Shown here: positions 60,501-64,000 of the stretch, in pieces
Numbering within the stretch: the first letter of the stretch is position 1
Layout: each line of letters starts with the position of its first letter
From: Poseidonia sp.
Lineage (GTDB): Archaea; Thermoplasmatota; Poseidoniia; Poseidoniales; Poseidoniaceae
NCBI GenBank assembly: GCA_030827365.1
Contig: JAUREO010000001.1
Location: forward strand, 22,312-86,311
DNA length: 64,000 nucleotides
Direction: 5' to 3'
The notes under the pieces: generated by a model
The model's input: only the letters and a program-made list of their open reading frames with translations
Told to the model about the DNA's origin: nothing
The model's database searches: none
Made by a program: the position numbers and the translations under genes

Positions 60501-61209
60501 TTGTAATCTGCCAAGAGTAATTTTCCGTAACGGTGTTGTCAAAGCCCGATGGGTCAAAATAATTCGAACTTCCAGAGACATCAGTTTCGGCCTCGATAAG
60601 AGAATACCATTGGTTTCCGTTTTGTAAAGGAAAATCGTGAGATTCTTTCGGAGGGGAATAGGTCGTATTGAATTCAAGTGTTGCAATATCTTGTTTCAGC
60701 CAGTTTGCTGGAAATCCGAAAATGGAGGGAATAAAATCGACATCGAGTTCAAACACAGTGACAATAGTGGCTAAATCTCGAACCCTGACATAATCTGCAC
60801 CGTCATAGGCGATGTTGAGTGTGCCTTGATTCCCATCGAGTGTGGCACCATTTGTTCCGGAGGTGAAATCTCCAGTGATCAAAATCTCGTAAACGAGGGT
60901 TTGAGTGCCGTCCACATCGACAAATCCAATGGCGTTGACCTCACGAGTCGTGTCTCCGTCGAGGGTATTGATGGATGCGGATACGCCGGATTGTTGAACA
61001 AGACTCGAAACATCAAAATCAGTATCATAGACCCAAGTGTCACCAACTCTGTAATTTGGAACATCAACCACAGAATTCGTGCTTCGCCCGGCTTTGAACG
61101 AAGCGATGTCGAGGGTCAACCTTTGCTCATGCTCAGCAAACAGTGCTAAACTCGGCAAAATAAAAATGAACAGGAGTATGAGCGAAACTGCTCTTCGGTT
61201 CATATTCAT
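57529..61209 (-). CDS. Large surface protein with multiple PKD/Ig-like domains, a single C-terminal TM and a Pro-rich cytoplasmic tail
   Basis: The signal is AVSLILLFIFILPSLALFA. Repeated PKD-type endings occur (VDDDGATTEVEYNITVLNIAPT, VDDDGASSELRYGTVMVNNVAPT, IDNDGASASISMNVSVLNLPP, IDDDGEFQTTSMTIKVTE). The TM is MTYTLMTIVIIVVLLIGFMFI. The tail contains LPALPALPALPALPSL. Confidence 0.85.
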   Translation of the reverse strand: MNMNRRAVSLILLFIFILPSLALFAEHEQRLTLDIASFKAGRSTNSVVDVPNYRVGDTWVYDTDFDVSSLVQQSGVSASINTLDGDTTREVNAIGFVDVDGTQTLVYEILITGDFTSGTNGATLDGNQGTLNIAYDGADYVRVRDLATIVTVFELDVDFIPSIFGFPANWLKQDIATLEFNTTYSPPKESHDFPLQNGNQWYSLIEAETDVSGSSNYFDPSGFDNTVTENYSWQITKNQAPSEAGKSPTYQGCQNSFKIMEWNGTGVNTGFNWYCPNVRGPAWNRVSNTAGFTIDWFLKTYSPADSTGVSATSDPGTRNKVINVQMTYPRVLPEIETSFSAQYLNGGNAVANTNLQVRYEIDKNIRNPTTNSVGNISITDLDTSEFTDDTPASDDYSSNGLIVWDPVARVIGVTSVVMDLSIVGVDLIAQASATIVERTRDGETTTLNSAVGFNSIPGDILTFSLPIENRGIATSPATTVQFLLDGNVLSTSSSTTVPAIGPYSTYRVELEYTVQVDQAVGTSTFSYVVDPTQSVTEDADRTNNQGNVNLFFGRLPTSNMTSTEGMFTWQNIILDASASFDEDGGNIECMFEIEYKPSLITRIYAENCITEFNWSDDGQWNVHLIVTDNELDTSELNHTINVLNRPPEFDLTGPTSVEVESKITIQAVGVEDNDTISPEGQDVVISWPGLDCDEGMTQRLCTFTPLEEGPMSVKAVGVDDDGATTEVEYNITVLNIAPTIGQPQLILAGEPALVNGDGVWVVNEDEVGFLNVLADDSISDEPTLLIEWHPSNKNANWTLTTTGAESMQLISWNISGKHVISVRAVDDDGASSELRYGTVMVNNVAPTISGFFGDVPLFEDDPLYLSVDIDDTPSDLESLVVCWDLDSSVDLDNNGVMDDDCEVKGENLNASWGTKGVRKVTATVIDNDGASASISMNVSVLNLPPVPVIGSESLLTDLMEGDTIILSAAGTRETETDKLNLQYSWDVGYLDGNLDGKNAGDVDFTTESIELTNLPPGTWDIVLTVIDDDGEFQTTSMTIKVTEQPPDGIFESIESAIGPTMTYTLMTIVIIVVLLIGFMFITKPRASDDVYETKFDDAVFGIGGQAELPVFQQQPLPALPALPALPALPSLQASPPQPQPKPLPALDVVQTSIPPNPMATAPVSSGPPLPANGLPQGWTMDQWNYYGQQWLDANSTPAPPMQPQAFDTAPQLALSSIHDLLDDLDF
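57824..57868 (-). repeat. Five tandem 9-bp units (GGTAARGCN-like) encoding the (LPA)n tract
   Basis: Read directly on the plus strand: ggtaaagca ggtaaggct ggtaaggca ggcaaggcg ggtagaggt. Confidence 0.8.
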
Positions 61210-61265
61210 GGGATATCATTCAACTACTTGAGTGAATGTGTTGTTGGTTCAATGACCGACTTTTC

Positions 61266-61880
61266 TCAAAGCAAATCAGCGAGTTCATCTTTGATGATTT
61301 CGACTGCTTCAAGAATTTCATCCTTGTGTCTTGCCCCAGTAATCACCATCTTTCCTGAACCGAAGATGAGACAAACAACCTTTGGATAATCAAGTCGATA
61401 AATCAAACCTGGGAATTGTTCAGGTTCGTATTCAACTTTGTCGAATGGCAGGTGGAAGGTGAGGTGATTGAGATTGAGTTTGCGAGGTTGTCCTGCAAGT
61501 GGTTCCCCTGTAAATTTGTCAGCACCATCGTAATCTTCTGGGTAGTGAAGTGCATAGGTTGCAACCATATTTTGGACTTCGATTTCAACTTGGTCGAGTT
61601 CCCAAGTGGTGATTCCTGCCTTGCGTAGGTCTTCGATCATGATTTTGATGCCGTGGTGGATGTTGTCCTCGTCCTTTCCACCTGTACAGACCGCTCGTCC
61701 GCTTCGGAACATGAGAATTGCAAGTTTTGGTTCAACAACACGATAAACGACACCAGGGAATTGTTCTGGCTCGTATTCGCAGTTCAGTTGGATTGCGATA
61801 TCAGGCAAGTCGAGTTCTTCAGCGACTCGTGTACTTGCTACTACATTTACTACAGTTAAGCGTTCTTCATCGGTTGGCAT
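61266..61880 (-). CDS. tbp: TATA-box binding protein
   Basis: It has two direct repeats, each with EYEPEQFPG(V/L)(V/I)YR. NVVAS / NMVAT and SG(R/K).V.TG also match. The second repeat carries an extra ~20 aa. Confidence 0.9.
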   Translation of the reverse strand: MPTDEERLTVVNVVASTRVAEELDLPDIAIQLNCEYEPEQFPGVVYRVVEPKLAILMFRSGRAVCTGGKDEDNIHHGIKIMIEDLRKAGITTWELDQVEIEVQNMVATYALHYPEDYDGADKFTGEPLAGQPRKLNLNHLTFHLPFDKVEYEPEQFPGLIYRLDYPKVVCLIFGSGKMVITGARHKDEILEAVEIIKDELADLL

Positions 61881-61901
61881 GCATTTCCCACCGGCAACCA
61901 G

Positions 61902-61910
61902 TATATAAAA
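61902..61910 (-). promoter_or_regulatory. Canonical archaeal TATA box (TTTTATATA on the minus strand) about 22 nt upstream of the tbp ATG
   Basis: Read directly: ccTTTTATATActggttgccggtgggaaatgcATG. The spacing implies a leaderless transcript. Confidence 0.5.
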
Positions 61911-61940
61911 GGAAACACTTTCTCTATGGAAAAATTATCT

Positions 61941-63065
61941 TCAAAATCCGAGGATGTTTTCGAATGATTCCAAACGCACACCATCTTTTGAAATCGAGGT
62001 GATAAAACTCGTTCCACCTGCAGATTCGATGGCCGAAGCGGTTTGTTCAGGGTGATGTGTAAGAGCGATCATGCATCCCCCACCTCCAGCTCCAGATAAT
62101 TTTGTTCCAAGGGAAGTGGGAAGGGCAGCACGAATGAGACGTCGTAACTCTGTGCTTGAAACCTGCAATTTTTCAAGGAGGATTTGGTTTTGATTCATCA
62201 ACCGTCCGACCTCCACAAAATCACCATTTTGCATAGCCTCTAAACCAGCCATCGTAATGGTTCCTATATCATCGATGTAGGATGCGTGTTCATTTGAATT
62301 TGAAATGAGTTCGGCAACATGCTTAACTTGTTCCCGCGTTGATGACTTGACGCCCGTTGATCCAATGACGAGGTACAAATCCTCAGGGAATCGAGGTTGA
62401 ATATGGTTGATATCCCATGAACGAATTTGTTGATTGACCATAAGTTCCCTTGTGTACAAATATTGTTCTTTTCTATTTGTTCCAAGCAAAATAAGTCCGC
62501 CATGTGCCGAGGTTGAGGTATCCATTGGCGAAGCCAATCCGCCTTGAGCAAATGCTTCAGCTGCATGAGCCAACAATCCACATTCATCGGTTGATATTGC
62601 ATCGTGCCCTAACACATTCGGGGGCATCTCATAGTGGTCAAAAGATGAGCGTTCGTATGCTTGTTTTGAATTGTAAAACGAAGACCAACCTTCCAACCAA
62701 TGACCCTGTTGGTCGGTTCGTCGACCTCTTGCTGCCCTTAAGCAGGCAATCAAAGCGTTGCACATTGCTGCACTTGAACCAAGACCAGATGCTGACGGAA
62801 TTGTGCTTTGAATCTCGATGGAGAGACGTTGTTCTATCGATGATTTCGGCCAAAGCTTTTGGAGCAGAAAATGAATATGAGGGTGAATTTTTGGTTGAAA
62901 CTTGCAACCCTCAAGTTGGGTTCGAGAATTGGCTTGTATAGAGACTTGAGTACGTAAATCAAGAGCAACTGCCATAGCAGGCTGTCCATACACTACGGCA
63001 TGCTCACCAAAGAGAACGCATTTCGCGGGGGCACTTGCCAAAATCATTGGTTGACCCTCCCCCAT
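61941..63065 (-). CDS. mvk: Mevalonate kinase (GHMP kinase family)
   Basis: Motifs APAKCVLFGEHAVVYG, IPSASGLGSSAA and KLSGAGGGGC. The start is ambiguous (ATG at 63128, 63107, 63065 or 63047). Confidence 0.85.
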   Translation of the reverse strand: MGEGQPMILASAPAKCVLFGEHAVVYGQPAMAVALDLRTQVSIQANSRTQLEGCKFQPKIHPHIHFLLQKLWPKSSIEQRLSIEIQSTIPSASGLGSSAAMCNALIACLRAARGRRTDQQGHWLEGWSSFYNSKQAYERSSFDHYEMPPNVLGHDAISTDECGLLAHAAEAFAQGGLASPMDTSTSAHGGLILLGTNRKEQYLYTRELMVNQQIRSWDINHIQPRFPEDLYLVIGSTGVKSSTREQVKHVAELISNSNEHASYIDDIGTITMAGLEAMQNGDFVEVGRLMNQNQILLEKLQVSSTELRRLIRAALPTSLGTKLSGAGGGGCMIALTHHPEQTASAIESAGGTSFITSISKDGVRLESFENILGF

Positions 63066-63188
63066 GGCATGAACATCTGCTGTTTGTTGAAATGTCTTTT
63101 GAAACATATTCACAACATATTGACACATCGGTGCATTGAAAGACGGTCTCGTGTTGGCTTACTGTAAGCAACAAAGGTGGAATGGTTA

Positions 63189-64000
63189 ATGGTCGTGCAC
63201 CCCTTAGAAGTCGAGTATTTTGGTGCGGTTCAAGGATGGTGGTTTCTTATCGTCCTGTTTGGTGCTTCAGGTGGCTTTTTTGGATTTCAAGTAGTAAAAG
63301 CAACTCGACTCGTTTTGCTCGGTAAACCAGAAAATCGTTTTGATAATTGGGGCCTGCGAATCAAAGAAGTCATCACCGGATGGTTGGGGCAAAAGAAGGT
63401 GCTCAAAGACAGAATTGCTGGCGGCATCCACGTTCTCATGTTTTGGGGATTTTTGATGCTCTGTACCGATATGCTCGACCTTGCAACTGCAAATCGATTT
63501 TCGCATGCACTACCCGAATGGTTTCGAAATCCTTGGAACCTCATCGTTGAAATCGGATATCTTTCAGCATTCATTGGCTGTATTTTTGCCTTGATTCGAA
63601 GAGTCATCTTTACCCCAGACAAACTCAAAGGCAAATCTCAACTCGAGGGAAATGTCATTTTGTTGCTCATCTTGACCATCACAGCAACGTCCTTTATCAT
63701 CGAATCCTACGAAGCCACCCTAACGCAAACTTGGGAGCCTATCGGTTACATGGTAAGTCAAGAAATGGAACCAACACAATCCTTGGTGAATACAGCCTAC
63801 TGGATGCACATGCTTGCGATATCGGTGTTTCTCTTTTTGATCCCTCTTTCAAAGCATATGCATCTGGTCATGGCTTTTCCAAATGTGTTTTTCCATGACC
63901 TACGGCCAATGGCAACAATGGAGCCTCTGGCTCGAAACGAAACTGGAAAAGCGATGTCCCTCGATGACCTCGACCTTGAGTCCTTTGGAGCCGTCAACTA
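63189..64000 (+). CDS. Membrane-bound Fe-S oxidoreductase, N-terminal NarI/HdrE-like membrane domain (3' end outside window)
   Basis: This ORF is not in the track because no stop occurs before the window end. My translation from the ATG at 63189 is MVVHPLEVEYFGAVQGWWFLIVLFG...IAGGIHVLMFWGFLML...AYWMHMLAISVFLFLIPLSKHMHLVMAFPNVFF. That is typical of the TM domain preceding CCG/4Fe-4S domains in HdrD/GlpC-like proteins. Confidence 0.6.
   Translation, partial: MVVHPLEVEYFGAVQGWWFLIVLFGASGGFFGFQVVKATRLVLLGKPENRFDNWGLRIKEVITGWLGQKKVLKDRIAGGIHVLMFWGFLMLCTDMLDLATANRFSHALPEWFRNPWNLIVEIGYLSAFIGCIFALIRRVIFTPDKLKGKSQLEGNVILLLILTITATSFIIESYEATLTQTWEPIGYMVSQEMEPTQSLVNTAYWMHMLAISVFLFLIPLSKHMHLVMAFPNVFFHDLRPMATMEPLARNETGKAMSLDDLDLESFGAVN

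Noticed and set aside
1-64000. Search for mobile elements, prophage, defence islands or CRISPR-cas
   Set aside because: I recognised no transposase, integrase, recombinase, reverse transcriptase, Cas or restriction-modification motif in any frame. The tRNA-Gly is not flanked by an integrase or a direct repeat of its 3' end that I could see. The only nuclease-fold protein is the GxxExxY protein, which is not a known defence marker.

Overview
This is a gene-dense 64-kb fragment of an archaeal chromosome with about 46 protein genes and one tRNA-Gly. I found no rRNA, CRISPR array, transposase or integrase. Archaeal origin is supported by PCNA, TFS, the Nop5-fibrillarin pair, TBP, Csl4, NMD3, mevalonate kinase and an archaeal-type Asd. 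The gene content combines giant anchored proteases and adhesin-like proteins, acyl-CoA metabolism and UV/base-damage repair. That mix suggests a surface-ocean heterotrophic euryarchaeon of the Marine Group II (Poseidoniales) kind, but this is inference only.

Main content, left to right:
- Purine salvage: permease fragment plus apt.
- An M28 lipoprotein-like aminopeptidase, tRNA-Gly(UCC), and a ~1840-aa S8 subtilase with about 15 thrombospondin-type-3-like Ca-binding modules.
- An ABC exporter and a GT2 glycosyltransferase.
- PCNA, TFS, and a nop5-flpA-fpg cluster.
- A LysE exporter, a metallophosphatase and an FeS-type (6-4) photolyase.
- A 915-aa two-TM protein that I read as a CD36/SR-B family homolog with a very large insertion.
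- The fused mutase IcmF, an ABC-F ATPase, and a SMUG1 / acyl-CoA synthetase / GxxExxY gene string.
- An 884-aa surface protein with five copies of an unrecognised ~118-aa repeat.
- A radical-SAM protein, a Csl4 fused to two RRM domains, and a METTL5-like methylase.
- Asd, a GT2 plus polytopic membrane protein pair, an M23 peptidase and PGI/PMI.
- An NMD3-ccmD-ccmC-ccmAB string.
- A rhomboid followed by a second giant (1613-aa) subtilase.
- glmS, a KaiC-like ATPase, Maf, and a SepF-like protein.
- A 1226-aa PKD-domain surface protein, TBP, mevalonate kinase, and a partial membrane Fe-S oxidoreductase.

The candidates most worth follow-up are:
- the CD36-like protein;
- the Csl4-RRM-RRM fusion;
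- the rhomboid/giant-subtilase pair, which share C-terminal zinc-ribbon tails;
- the novel GCGY repeat domain;
- the recurring proline-rich cytoplasmic tails on the giant surface proteins.

All functional calls rest on motifs I recognised by eye. No database search or structure prediction was possible.
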